From: Thermoanaerobaculia bacterium
Lineage (GTDB): Bacteria > Acidobacteriota > Thermoanaerobaculia > Multivoradales > JAGPDF01
DNA length: 64,000 nucleotides
Assembly (NCBI GenBank): GCA_018057705.1
Contig: JAGPDF010000016.1
Span: 5,016-69,015, forward strand
Reading direction: 5' to 3'
The notes under the pieces were generated by a model. It ran no database searches. It was not told the DNA's origin and saw only the letters and a program-made list of their open reading frames with translations. Made by a program: the position numbers and the translations under genes. Numbering within the stretch: the first letter of the stretch is position 1; every line of letters begins with the position of its first letter. Shown piece by piece: positions 28,112-36,436 of this stretch.

Positions 28112-29614
28112 ATGCAAGGGCCGACGGGCGGAAGGATGGGGGATCTGAAGGACAAGCCGATCCTCGATGTGCTCCGGGAGTTCCACTTCCGCCACGCCAC
28201 CGGCATTCTCGAGGTCGACGGCGGCGAGCACAAGCGCCGGCTCTTCCTGCGTGACGGCAGCCTCTATCTCGCCGGCACGCATCCTCTCGCACGGCGGTTG
28301 GGCGAGCTGGTGAGCGCGCTCTCCGACCCGACCCAGGCCGCCGCAGCCGCCGAGTCCAGGCGGCGATTCCTGGAGTTGGTCGAGCGCATGGCGCGGGTGA
28401 TAGGCGAATGGCGCACCGGCCACTATCGCTTCGTCGACGACCCTGGACTGCTCACGGTGGAGCTGGTCGGGCCGCTGCCGACCCGCCGGCTGCTGATGGT
28501 CGGCTCGACGATCGGGGCGACGCCGGCGCAGCTGCTTTCGATGCTGGGTGGAGATCGCGCGGCGTTGGCCGCCGTTTCCGAGCGCGATCTGCCTCCCGAG
28601 CCGAAGGATCAGCTCGGTCTCGGCCCCGAAGAGCAGTTCCTGCTCGAGCGCCTGCGTCAGCCGATGACCCTGGGCGAGATCGTCGGGGAGAGTCCCCTCG
28701 ACCGCGAGGGCACGCATCGCCTCCTGGCCCAGCTGCTCGCGGTCCGCAAGATCCGTGTCCTCGGGCGAGCCGATCCCGCCAGCGCGGCTCCGGTGCAGGA
28801 CGCGGCGCTGCTGCAGAGCTTCTCGACCCGGTTCGAGCGCAACCTCAGGGAGGAGCCGCTCCAGCTCACCCAGGTGGAGTTCCGGACGCGCGTGGCGGAG
28901 CTCTTCGCGCGCATCGGCGCGATGAACTTCTACGAGCTGCTGGAAGTCGATCCGGCAGCCTCGGCCGATCAGGTACAGACGCGCTACGAAGCGCTGGCTC
29001 GTCTGGTTCACCCGTCCAACGAGGCGGCGTTCGGCCTGACCGGCTTGAAGCCGATGCTCGCGATGCTCTTCGACCGCGCCACGCAGGCCTACCTCGCGCT
29101 CTCCGATCCCGAGCGCCGCCGGCTCTACAACCAGAGTCAGGCGATCGATCTGTCGACGGCGCGGGTCACCGGCGCCGAGCGCGAGGTCGAGTCGAAGGAT
29201 CTGGCCCGCAACTACTTCGAGCAGGCGCAGGCCCAGGTGGCGCGCGGCGATTTCCACTACGCCGTCGAGCTCCTGCAGCTCGCGGTCTCGCTCGACCGGC
29301 GGCCCGACTACCTTCTCGCGCTGGCGCGGGTGGAGCTGCGGAACCCGAAGTGGCTGCAGCGCGCCGCCGACTCCTGCCGGGCGGCGCTGGAGATCGAGCC
29401 GCAGAACGCCGAGGTGCGCTTCGTGTTGGGCGAGGTCTACGAGCTGCTGGGCGACACGGAGCGGGCGCGCGGGCAGTTCACGGCCGCGACGCGATCGAAC
29501 CCGGGGCACGTCATGGCGCAGGCCAAGCTCAGGAACCTGAGCCAACCCAAACCCGCGCCGTCGGACGCGGAAGGCGGCCTCTTCAGCCGCATCTTCCGTC
29601 GTCGCGACGAGTAG
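28112..29614 (+). CDS. DUF4388 (PATAN-like) domain / J-domain / TPR protein
   Basis: The N-terminus contains LDVLREFHFRHATGILEVDGGEHKRRLFLRDGSLYLA, which is DUF4388-like. The central J-domain (MNFYELLEVDPAASADQVQTRYEALARLVHPS) has the HPD motif replaced by HPS, and the C-terminus has TPR-like helices. The product is the real 3' third of track ORF 26411..29614. Confidence 0.6.
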   Translation: MQGPTGGRMGDLKDKPILDVLREFHFRHATGILEVDGGEHKRRLFLRDGSLYLAGTHPLARRLGELVSALSDPTQAAAAAESRRRFLELVERMARVIGEWRTGHYRFVDDPGLLTVELVGPLPTRRLLMVGSTIGATPAQLLSMLGGDRAALAAVSERDLPPEPKDQLGLGPEEQFLLERLRQPMTLGEIVGESPLDREGTHRLLAQLLAVRKIRVLGRADPASAAPVQDAALLQSFSTRFERNLREEPLQLTQVEFRTRVAELFARIGAMNFYELLEVDPAASADQVQTRYEALARLVHPSNEAAFGLTGLKPMLAMLFDRATQAYLALSDPERRRLYNQSQAIDLSTARVTGAEREVESKDLARNYFEQAQAQVARGDFHYAVELLQLAVSLDRRPDYLLALARVELRNPKWLQRAADSCRAALEIEPQNAEVRFVLGEVYELLGDTERARGQFTAATRSNPGHVMAQAKLRNLSQPKPAPSDAEGGLFSRIFRRRDE

Positions 29615-29659
29615 CGCCGTCGCTGGCAGAGGAGCGAGTCCGGGTGGTATCTTGAATCC

Positions 29660-30054
29660 GGTCGAAGAGCCCGGCGCGGTCGCTCCACGTTCGCGTGGAG
29701 AGGAAAGTCCGGACTCCAACGGGTGGCATGCTCGCCAACGGCGAGGCGCAGTGATGCGACGGAAAGTGCAACAGAAAACAGACCGCCCCGCCTTCGGGCG
29801 AGGTAAGGGTGAAACGGCGCGGTAAGAGCGCACCGCCCGGCCGGCGACGGTCCGGGGCAAGGCAAACCCCATGCGGAGCAAGACCAAATAGGGGGATGGC
29901 AGTGCGGGCCGCCCGTCCCGCCCGTTCCGGTTCGCCGGGACGACTTCCCCGGGTAGGTTGCTCGAGGCCGGCGGCAACGCCGGTCCCAGAGGAATGACCG
30001 TGACCGGCATCGCGAGATGACGGCACAGAACTCGGCTTATCGGGCTCTTCGACC
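29660..30054 (+). ncRNA. rnpB: RNase P RNA, bacterial type A
   Basis: P1 is formed by GGTCGAAGAGCCCG at 29660..29673 pairing with CGGGCTCTTCGACC at 30041..30054. The universal elements present are GGAAAGTCCGGACTCC, GGTAAGGGTGAAACGGCGCGGTAAGAGCGCACC and ACAGAACTCGGCTTATCGG, and the gene is about 395 nt. Confidence 0.8.
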
Positions 30055-30085
30055 CCTTTTCCGCCCACTCCCGCCCATCTCCGCC

Positions 30086-30982
30086 ATGGCCCCGGTTCTC
30101 CCCCCAGCCGTCCGTCCCGGCGATCGCGTCGGCATCGCGGCGCTCTCCGGTCCGGTCGACCCCGTCCGGCTGACGAACGGCATCGCCGAGCTCGCGCGGC
30201 TCGGTTTCGAGCCGGTGCCGGCGCGCAACCTCGACCGCCGTGCGGGACTCTTCGCCGGCGACGACGCCCTGCGCGCTGCGGCGTTCCACGAGCTCGCCGA
30301 CGATCCCTCGCTCTCCGCGATTTTCTTCGCCCGCGGCGGCCACGGCCTGATGCGCGTCCTGCCGCTCCTCGACTGGGATCGGCTCGCGGCGACGCCGCGC
30401 GCCTACGTCGGCTACTCGGATCTGACGCCCTTCCTGCTGAACGTCGTCGAGCGTCTCGGCTGGGTCGCCTTCCACGGCCCGATGGTTGCGGCGGAGATGG
30501 CCCGCGGCCTCGCCGACGAAGAGAGCGCCAGCCTGCTGACGGCGCTCGCCGGCGATCCCCGGCAGGAGCTCGCGCTCGGACGGGTGATCGCCGGGTCGGA
30601 TCCGGCCGAGGGTCCTCTCCTCGGCGGTTGCCTCAGCCTTCTCGCCGGTGTCGCCGGCACCCCGTTCGCCACGCCCTTTGGCGACGCCGTGCTGTTCGTC
30701 GAGGACGTCGGCGAACCGCTCTACCGGGTCGATCGGATGTTGACCCAGTTGGACCTGTCCGGTAGTCTGGCCGCGGTTCGCGCCATGGTTTTCGGAACCT
30801 CCACTTTTTCCCCTCTCGACGAGGCCACGGCCGACCTGATCCGCGATCGCGCGGGCGATCGGACGGTCGCTTTCGGCCTGTCCGCCGGGCATACCGCACC
30901 AAACTTCACGCTGCCGCTCGGGTGCTCCGCCCGGATCGACGCGGACAGCTCGCTGCTCGTCATCGACCACCCTCAGGGCTAG
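30086..30982 (+). CDS. ldcA: LD-carboxypeptidase (peptidase S66, muramoyltetrapeptide carboxypeptidase-like)
   Basis: Contains the S66 core motifs GYSDLTPF and GHGLMR. The start was set at ATG 30086 because the upstream part of the track ORF overlaps rnpB. Confidence 0.7.
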   Translation: MAPVLPPAVRPGDRVGIAALSGPVDPVRLTNGIAELARLGFEPVPARNLDRRAGLFAGDDALRAAAFHELADDPSLSAIFFARGGHGLMRVLPLLDWDRLAATPRAYVGYSDLTPFLLNVVERLGWVAFHGPMVAAEMARGLADEESASLLTALAGDPRQELALGRVIAGSDPAEGPLLGGCLSLLAGVAGTPFATPFGDAVLFVEDVGEPLYRVDRMLTQLDLSGSLAAVRAMVFGTSTFSPLDEATADLIRDRAGDRTVAFGLSAGHTAPNFTLPLGCSARIDADSSLLVIDHPQG

Positions 30983-30997
30983 AGAGCGAGATCCGCC

Positions 30998-31813
30998 ATG
31001 GCGACCAGCAAGCCGGTCTTCAAGACCACGAGCAAGAAGCCGAACCTGCCGAACTACACCGTGGAGTTCGAGGCCGCCGAGTTCATCTTCAGCGAAGGCG
31101 ATCTCGGGATGGAGATGTACATCATTCACGAGGGCAAGATCGAGATCCTGAAGAGCATCCAGGGCGAGCAGCGCCAGCTCGCGGTGCTCGAGAAGGGCGA
31201 CTTCTTCGGCGAGATGGCGATTCTCGAAGATCTCCCGCGGACCGCTGCGGCGCGGGCCCTCACCGCCGTGAAGCTGCTGCTCATCAACGGCGCCACGTTC
31301 GACCAGATGCTGCGCACGAATCCGGAGATCGCGGTGCGGATGATGCGCAAGCTGTCGCGCCGCCTGCGCGACACCGACCATCTGCTGCGCGACTCGCCGG
31401 CGGCCGTCGCCGCGCTGGAACAGCCGACGCCGACCGTGGGCTCGGGCGCATTGCGCCTTCCGGGCAGCACCGAAACCGCGCCCGGCGTCGGTCCGCAGCG
31501 CCTCGTGCACGACAAGTCGGGGATGGAGTTCGCGCTCGCCAAGGGGGCCGAGACGATGATCGGCCGCCGCGACCCGGTGACCGGCATCGACCCCGACATC
31601 GACCTCACCCCCGCCGACACCCAGCGCTCGATCAGCCGCCGCCACGCCAAGATCTACCGCCGCGAAGGCAAGTTCTTCATCGCCGAAGAGATCGGCACCA
31701 TGAACGGCACCTTCGTCAACGGCACCCGCCTCGAAACCGGCGTCCCCACCGAAATCAAATTCGACGACGAAGTCCGCTGCGGCCTCGTCAACCTCAAGTT
31801 CAAAGCCGAGTAG
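30998..31813 (+). CDS. cyclic-nucleotide-binding domain + FHA domain protein
   Basis: The N-terminal cNMP-binding domain has FGEMAIL and a PRTAAARA phosphate-binding cassette. The C-terminal FHA domain contains GRRDPVTGIDPDIDLTP...SRRHAKIYRREGKFFIAEEIGTMNGTFVNGTRL. Confidence 0.7.
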   Translation: MATSKPVFKTTSKKPNLPNYTVEFEAAEFIFSEGDLGMEMYIIHEGKIEILKSIQGEQRQLAVLEKGDFFGEMAILEDLPRTAAARALTAVKLLLINGATFDQMLRTNPEIAVRMMRKLSRRLRDTDHLLRDSPAAVAALEQPTPTVGSGALRLPGSTETAPGVGPQRLVHDKSGMEFALAKGAETMIGRRDPVTGIDPDIDLTPADTQRSISRRHAKIYRREGKFFIAEEIGTMNGTFVNGTRLETGVPTEIKFDDEVRCGLVNLKFKAE

Positions 31814-31825
31814 CACAGCACCCCG

Positions 31826-32049
31826 CAGCTGGGGACATGTAGCTGCCTCAAGCGAAGGCTGCCCCGACCTGCGATCGCTACAGGGCGGATGCGTGTCCCC
31901 GGCGTACCTCTTCCGCCAGCTGGGGACATGTAGCTGCTCCAGCGAAGGTGCTCCCCGCAGCTGGGGACATGTAGCTGCCCCAAGCGAAGGCTGTCCCGAC
32001 CTGCGATCGCCGCAGGGCGGATACGTGTCCCCGGCGTACCTCTTCCGCC
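31826..32049. repeat. tandem direct repeat, 92 bp unit, about 2.4 copies
   Basis: Copy 1 spans 31826..31917, and copy 3 spans 31958..32049 with about 5 mismatches. A 40 bp partial copy lies between them at 31918..31957. Each unit starts CAGCTGGGGACATGTAGCTGC and ends GGCGTACCTCTTCCGCC. Confidence 0.75.
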
Positions 32050-32069
32050 TCGCCCGTGGTCGCGCTGCT

Positions 32070-32278
32070 CCGGCACTCGGGATCCAAGGCGGGCTCCTAT
32101 TTGAAGCGTGGTCGCCCACCTTGGATCCCGAGCGCCCTCGCGTCGCGGTGAGACGGGGTAGATGGGGACAATCCTCTTTTGTCCTTGCTGCTGTTCCGCC
32201 TGGGGCGCTCTGGCGCTCGGGATCTAGAGTGGGCGACCACGCCTCAAATAGGAGCCCGCTCTAGATCCCGAGTGCCGG
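32070..32278. repeat. long imperfect inverted repeat (two ~50 bp arms) flanking a ~110 bp core with a nested inner inverted repeat; MITE-like or structured-RNA element
   Basis: The left arm CCGGCACTCGGGATCCAAGGCGGGCTCCTATTTGAAGCGTGGTCGCCCAC (32070..32119) is the reverse complement of the right arm 32229..32278, with about 4 mismatches. The inner pair is TGGATCCCGAGCGCC (32121..) against GGCGCTCGGGATCTA (32211..). The motif TCGGGATC/GATCCCGA occurs four times. Confidence 0.65.
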
Positions 32279-32368
32279 AGTGCCCTACCACCGAAGCAAA
32301 ACTTGAGTCGCAGTGAGACGGACCGGACAGGACCCCGAGCGCACCGGAAGAAGAGAGCACGCAGAGGA

Positions 32369-34618
32369 ATGAAGCGCGATCGCGTTAAGCTCGCGTGCAG
32401 CGTGACGGCCGAAAACTCAACCCCGCGAGCCTCCGCTTCCGCTGTACCCATCCGCCTGGACACGCCGCTGCGGTTTCTCAAGGGGGTGGGGCCGGGGCGG
32501 GCGGAGAAGCTGGCGGGGGCGGGGCTCTCGACGGTGGAGGATCTGCTGCTGACGGTGCCGTTGCGGTATGAGGACCGGCGGCGGGTGGCGCGGGTGAAGG
32601 AGATCCAGGGGCCGGGGGCTTGGACGGTGGCGGGTCGGCTCGAGGATCTGCGGGCGATCCGGACGCGGCGGCGGGGGATGGTCATCGTGCGCGGGCGGCT
32701 GGTGGACGACTCGGGGGCGATTCCGGTCTCGTGGTTCAACCAGCCGTACCTTCTCACGCGCCTCCAGCAAGTTCCCGGCGCCACGTGGCTCCTCCACGGG
32801 GCGGTGAAGGGGGCCGACTGGGGGCTCTGGGAGATGACCAACCCGACCTGCGAGGCGGTCGATCCGGAGCAGACCGATCGTGCCGGGCGGATCGTCCCGA
32901 TCTACTCGAAGGTCGCGGGTCTCCCTTCCGGGCTCTTCGCGCGTCTTCTCGCGCAGGCGCTGCCGGCGCTCGACGCCGTCGTGGTCGCTTCCAAGCCCGA
33001 CGCCGCCCACGCTTCAAACAATGCCGGCGCCGCGGCCGGCGCTTCCCATGTCGCCGCCGCCCACCCTGCCAGCGCCGCGCTCGATCTGCTGCCGCCGGAA
33101 CTGCTGAAGCGCTACGCGCTGCCTTCGCTGCCGGTGGCGCTGCGGCAGTTGCATCGGCCGCCGGCGAACACCGATGTCGAGGCGCTGAACCGCGGAGAGA
33201 GTGGGGCGCACTCGCGGCTCGCTTATGGCGAGCTGCTCGAGTTTCAGCTCCAGCTGGCGCGGCGGCGGGCGGGCGAGGCCGCGATCGAGAAGCGGCATCG
33301 CTACCGCGTCGACGACGCGGTACGCGGCGCGGCGCGGGCCATGCTGCCGTTCGCGCTCACCGGGGCGCAGAAGCGGGTGGTGAAGGAGATCGTCGACGAT
33401 CTCAAGCGTCCGCAGGCGATGCTGCGGCTGTTGCAGGGCGACGTCGGCAGCGGGAAGACCATCGTCGCGGCGATCTGCCTGCTGCTCGCCTCCGAGAGCG
33501 GTCTGCAGGCGGCCTTCATGGCGCCGACCGAGCTCCTCGCCGAGCAGCATTTCGGCAACCTGCGGCGTTTGCTGGGCGGGCGCTGCCGAATCGAGCTGGT
33601 GAGCGCCTCCGGTTCGACGGCGGCGGTGAAGCGCGCCCTCGCCGATGGCTCGGTCCAGATCGCCGTCGGCACCCACGCGCTCATCCAGCGCGGTATCTCT
33701 TTTCACCGTCTCGGCCTCGCGATCATCGACGAGCAGCATCGCTTCGGCGTCGAGCAGCGGAAGGTCCTGCAGTCGAAGGGCGACCAGCCCGACATTCTCG
33801 TGATGACGGCGACGCCCATTCCGCGCACCCTCACGCTGACCCTGTACGGCGACCTCGACGTCTCGCAGATCGACGAGATGCCGCCCGGCCGCGGAACGCT
33901 CCTCACCGAGGTCCTTCCCGGTGGCGAGCGCAAGGAGGTCTACCGCCGCCTGCGCGCCGAGCTCGCCGCGGGGGCTCAAGGGTACGTCGTCTTCCCGCTG
34001 ATCGAAGAGAGTGAGGAGATCCCTGCGGCCTCTCTCGCGGCGCTCGGCGCGAAGGTGAGGGAGTACCTGGCCGACTTTCCGAGCGCCGTCCTGCATGGAA
34101 AGATCCCGGCGGTGGAGCGCGAGAGGATCATGCAGGAGTTCGCCGCCGGGAAGATCAAGGTGCTGGTCGCGACGACCGTCATCGAGGTCGGCGTCGACGT
34201 GCCCAACGCCACCTGGATGATCGTCGAGAGCGCCGAGCGCTTCGGCCTCGCCCAGCTCCACCAGCTGCGCGGCCGGGTCGGGCGGGGGAGCGGGGCGTCG
34301 CATTGCCTGGCGCTCCACGGCCGGCTCTCCGAAGAGGGGACGAAGCGGCTCGACGTCTTCGCCTCGACCCGTGACGGCTTCGCCATCGCCGAGGCCGACC
34401 TCCAGATCCGCGGCCCCGGCGACCTCCTCGGGACGCGCCAGGCCGGGCTGCCGCGCTTCCGCGTCGCCGACCTCGCGACCCACCTCGCCTGGATCGAGCG
34501 CGCCCGCCAGGACGCCCGCGAAATCGTGGCGCGCTTCGATGCCCCCGAGTATGGGCGACTGCGCGCCCGGGTGGAGGCGCGCGCGGCCCGGCTGGGCGAC
34601 CAGCTGGCGGGAGGCTGA
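32369..34618 (+). CDS. recG: ATP-dependent DNA helicase RecG
   Basis: The N-terminal wedge domain contains LRFLKGVGPGRAEKL, and the helicase core has the DEQHRFGV and MTATPIPRT motifs followed by the C-terminal TRG motif. The start was chosen at an internal ATG, 749 aa from the end. Confidence 0.9.
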   Translation: MKRDRVKLACSVTAENSTPRASASAVPIRLDTPLRFLKGVGPGRAEKLAGAGLSTVEDLLLTVPLRYEDRRRVARVKEIQGPGAWTVAGRLEDLRAIRTRRRGMVIVRGRLVDDSGAIPVSWFNQPYLLTRLQQVPGATWLLHGAVKGADWGLWEMTNPTCEAVDPEQTDRAGRIVPIYSKVAGLPSGLFARLLAQALPALDAVVVASKPDAAHASNNAGAAAGASHVAAAHPASAALDLLPPELLKRYALPSLPVALRQLHRPPANTDVEALNRGESGAHSRLAYGELLEFQLQLARRRAGEAAIEKRHRYRVDDAVRGAARAMLPFALTGAQKRVVKEIVDDLKRPQAMLRLLQGDVGSGKTIVAAICLLLASESGLQAAFMAPTELLAEQHFGNLRRLLGGRCRIELVSASGSTAAVKRALADGSVQIAVGTHALIQRGISFHRLGLAIIDEQHRFGVEQRKVLQSKGDQPDILVMTATPIPRTLTLTLYGDLDVSQIDEMPPGRGTLLTEVLPGGERKEVYRRLRAELAAGAQGYVVFPLIEESEEIPAASLAALGAKVREYLADFPSAVLHGKIPAVERERIMQEFAAGKIKVLVATTVIEVGVDVPNATWMIVESAERFGLAQLHQLRGRVGRGSGASHCLALHGRLSEEGTKRLDVFASTRDGFAIAEADLQIRGPGDLLGTRQAGLPRFRVADLATHLAWIERARQDAREIVARFDAPEYGRLRARVEARAARLGDQLAGG

Positions 34619-35797
34619 ATGGCACCCTCACCCGGGTCACCGCGACCCCTGCGCGTCCTGCTGGTCGCCAACACGCTGCCGCCACACGACCTCTCCGGTG
34701 TGGGCGAGCAGGTGCTGCAGCTCGCTGCAGGCCTCCGGGCGCGCGGCCACGAGGTCGAGGTGCTGGGGCGCGGCGGCGACGGCGCCCGCGGACCGAAGGT
34801 CCTCTTCCCGTTGACGATCGTCCTCCCGGCCCTGCGCCGGATCCGCGACTTCCGGCCCGATGTCGTGCAGCTTCACGAGTCCGACGGCGGCCTGCTCGGT
34901 TTCTGGCTCGGTCTGCGGAAGGTCCGCCCCCTGCTCGTCGCCCTGCTGCAGGTGAGTTACGTCGAGGAACGGCGCGCCGTGCGTCCGTTGCGCGACGGCG
35001 CCGAAGTCCTCGGCGTGCCGGAGGCGACGGAGCTGCGCTTCCGGCGTTTCAAGGCGCCGCTCCACATTTTTTTCGGGCGCCGCACGGCGCGCGCCGCGGA
35101 CCTCATCCTCGCGCCGAGCGCGACCACCGCCGCGGAGCTCGCGCGCGACTACGGCGCCCACGACACGGCGGTTCTCCCCAACGCCTCGGGCGGCATTCCG
35201 GCCGCGCCGCAGGCGATTCCGGAGATCGCCCAGGACCGCGAGCCCGGCCTGCTCTTCGTGGGGCGCCTGCGCATCCGCAAAGGGGTCGAGGTGCTGTTGC
35301 GCGCCCTCGCGCTCCTCAAGGGCGACGGGCGGATGCCGCGTCTCCGCATCGTCGGCGAGGGGGAGCACCGGCAGGCGATCGAGCGCGCCGCGGTGCGTTT
35401 CGCGGTCCGCGACCAGGTCGACTTTCTCGGCCGCCGGGGCCCGGGCGAGATCCGCTGGCTGCTCGAGCGCTCCGCGGCGCTGGTCGTGCCCTCGATCTAC
35501 GAGGGGATGCCCCTGGTCGTCCTCGAGTCGATGGTCGCCGGGGTGCCGGTCGTCGCGAGCCGCGTGAGCGGCATCCCGGAGGTCGTCCTCGACCCGGAGA
35601 CCGGCTGGCTGGTGCCGCCCGAGGACCCGGCGGCGCTCGCCCGGGCGCTCGGCGAGCTGCTCGCCGACCCGGAGGGGGCCCGTCGTCGCGGCGCGAGTGG
35701 ACGCCGCAGACTCGAGGAGCGGTATCGTCCAGAGGTGATCGCCGAAAGCTGGGAGTCGATCGTCGGTGCCGCCGTCGCGGAACGGAGAGGGCAATGA
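34619..35797 (+). CDS. glycosyltransferase family 4 (GT-B, group 1)
   Basis: Contains the EGMPLVVLESMVAGVPVVASRVSGIPEVV motif (EX7E-like). The ATG start abuts the recG stop. Confidence 0.75.
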   Translation: MAPSPGSPRPLRVLLVANTLPPHDLSGVGEQVLQLAAGLRARGHEVEVLGRGGDGARGPKVLFPLTIVLPALRRIRDFRPDVVQLHESDGGLLGFWLGLRKVRPLLVALLQVSYVEERRAVRPLRDGAEVLGVPEATELRFRRFKAPLHIFFGRRTARAADLILAPSATTAAELARDYGAHDTAVLPNASGGIPAAPQAIPEIAQDREPGLLFVGRLRIRKGVEVLLRALALLKGDGRMPRLRIVGEGEHRQAIERAAVRFAVRDQVDFLGRRGPGEIRWLLERSAALVVPSIYEGMPLVVLESMVAGVPVVASRVSGIPEVVLDPETGWLVPPEDPAALARALGELLADPEGARRRGASGRRRLEERYRPEVIAESWESIVGAAVAERRGQ

Positions 35798-36315
35798 ACC
35801 GCTTCGCGAGAATCATGCAGGGGCTCGGATGGGTGGGCGTCGCGCTCCTGACGGTCGTCTGGGCGCAGGGCTTCGTCGTCCGCGACGAAGCCCCGGCGCT
35901 GGCGCAGCACAGCACGCTCGCCCTGGCGGCCGCCTGCTTCTGCATCCTGCCGCGCTTCTGGACGGTCGCCTACCTGACCCTCGCCGCTCGCGCGAGGCGC
36001 ACCCGTGGTTGCGTACCGGGGGAGCGTGCCGCCCGCCTGCGTCGCCTCGCAGTGGTGACGGCGGTCGTCGCGGTCGCCGGGCTGGCCGGGTCGTTCGCTC
36101 TCGCCGGGGCGATCCTGGCGCGCCGCGCCAGCCCGCTGCCGCACGCCCTCGCCGGCTGCCTGGGGATCGCGCTCCAGATCGCCGCCCTCGTGCTCGAGCG
36201 CCGCGCCCTGCTCGCCGACGCCGAAGAGATGGCGGCGATGACGGCGGTGCCGGTACCCGACACCTCCGCCAGGAGCGGCGGCAGGGGCGGGAGTGCCGTC
36301 GGCGAAGCCTCCTGA
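35794..36315 (+). CDS. hypothetical polytopic membrane protein
   Basis: The 173 aa product has four predicted TM helices, and the gene overlaps the GT4 stop in an ATGA arrangement. I found no recognizable family. Confidence 0.4.
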   Translation: MNRFARIMQGLGWVGVALLTVVWAQGFVVRDEAPALAQHSTLALAAACFCILPRFWTVAYLTLAARARRTRGCVPGERAARLRRLAVVTAVVAVAGLAGSFALAGAILARRASPLPHALAGCLGIALQIAALVLERRALLADAEEMAAMTAVPVPDTSARSGGRGGSAVGEAS

Positions 36316-36436
36316 GCGCCTCGGCGTCTGGACCAGCTGCTATACTGCCGGCCGTTCGTCCTGATCCGTGTCCCCCGGTGGTACAGCTTGAGGAAGCGGC
36401 GCCGGCGAAGTGACGCCGGAACCTGAAGGAGCCTCT

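Noticed and set aside
31654-32264. ORFs 31654..32076 (-), 31878..32087 (-) and 31893..32264 (+) inside the repeat region. A possible CRISPR array was also considered here.
   Set aside because: The ORFs simply read through palindromic repeats, have no RBS and have repetitive, mirror-image products. The locus is not CRISPR because the repeat unit is 92 bp, there are only 2.4 copies, the spacing is irregular and no cas genes are present.
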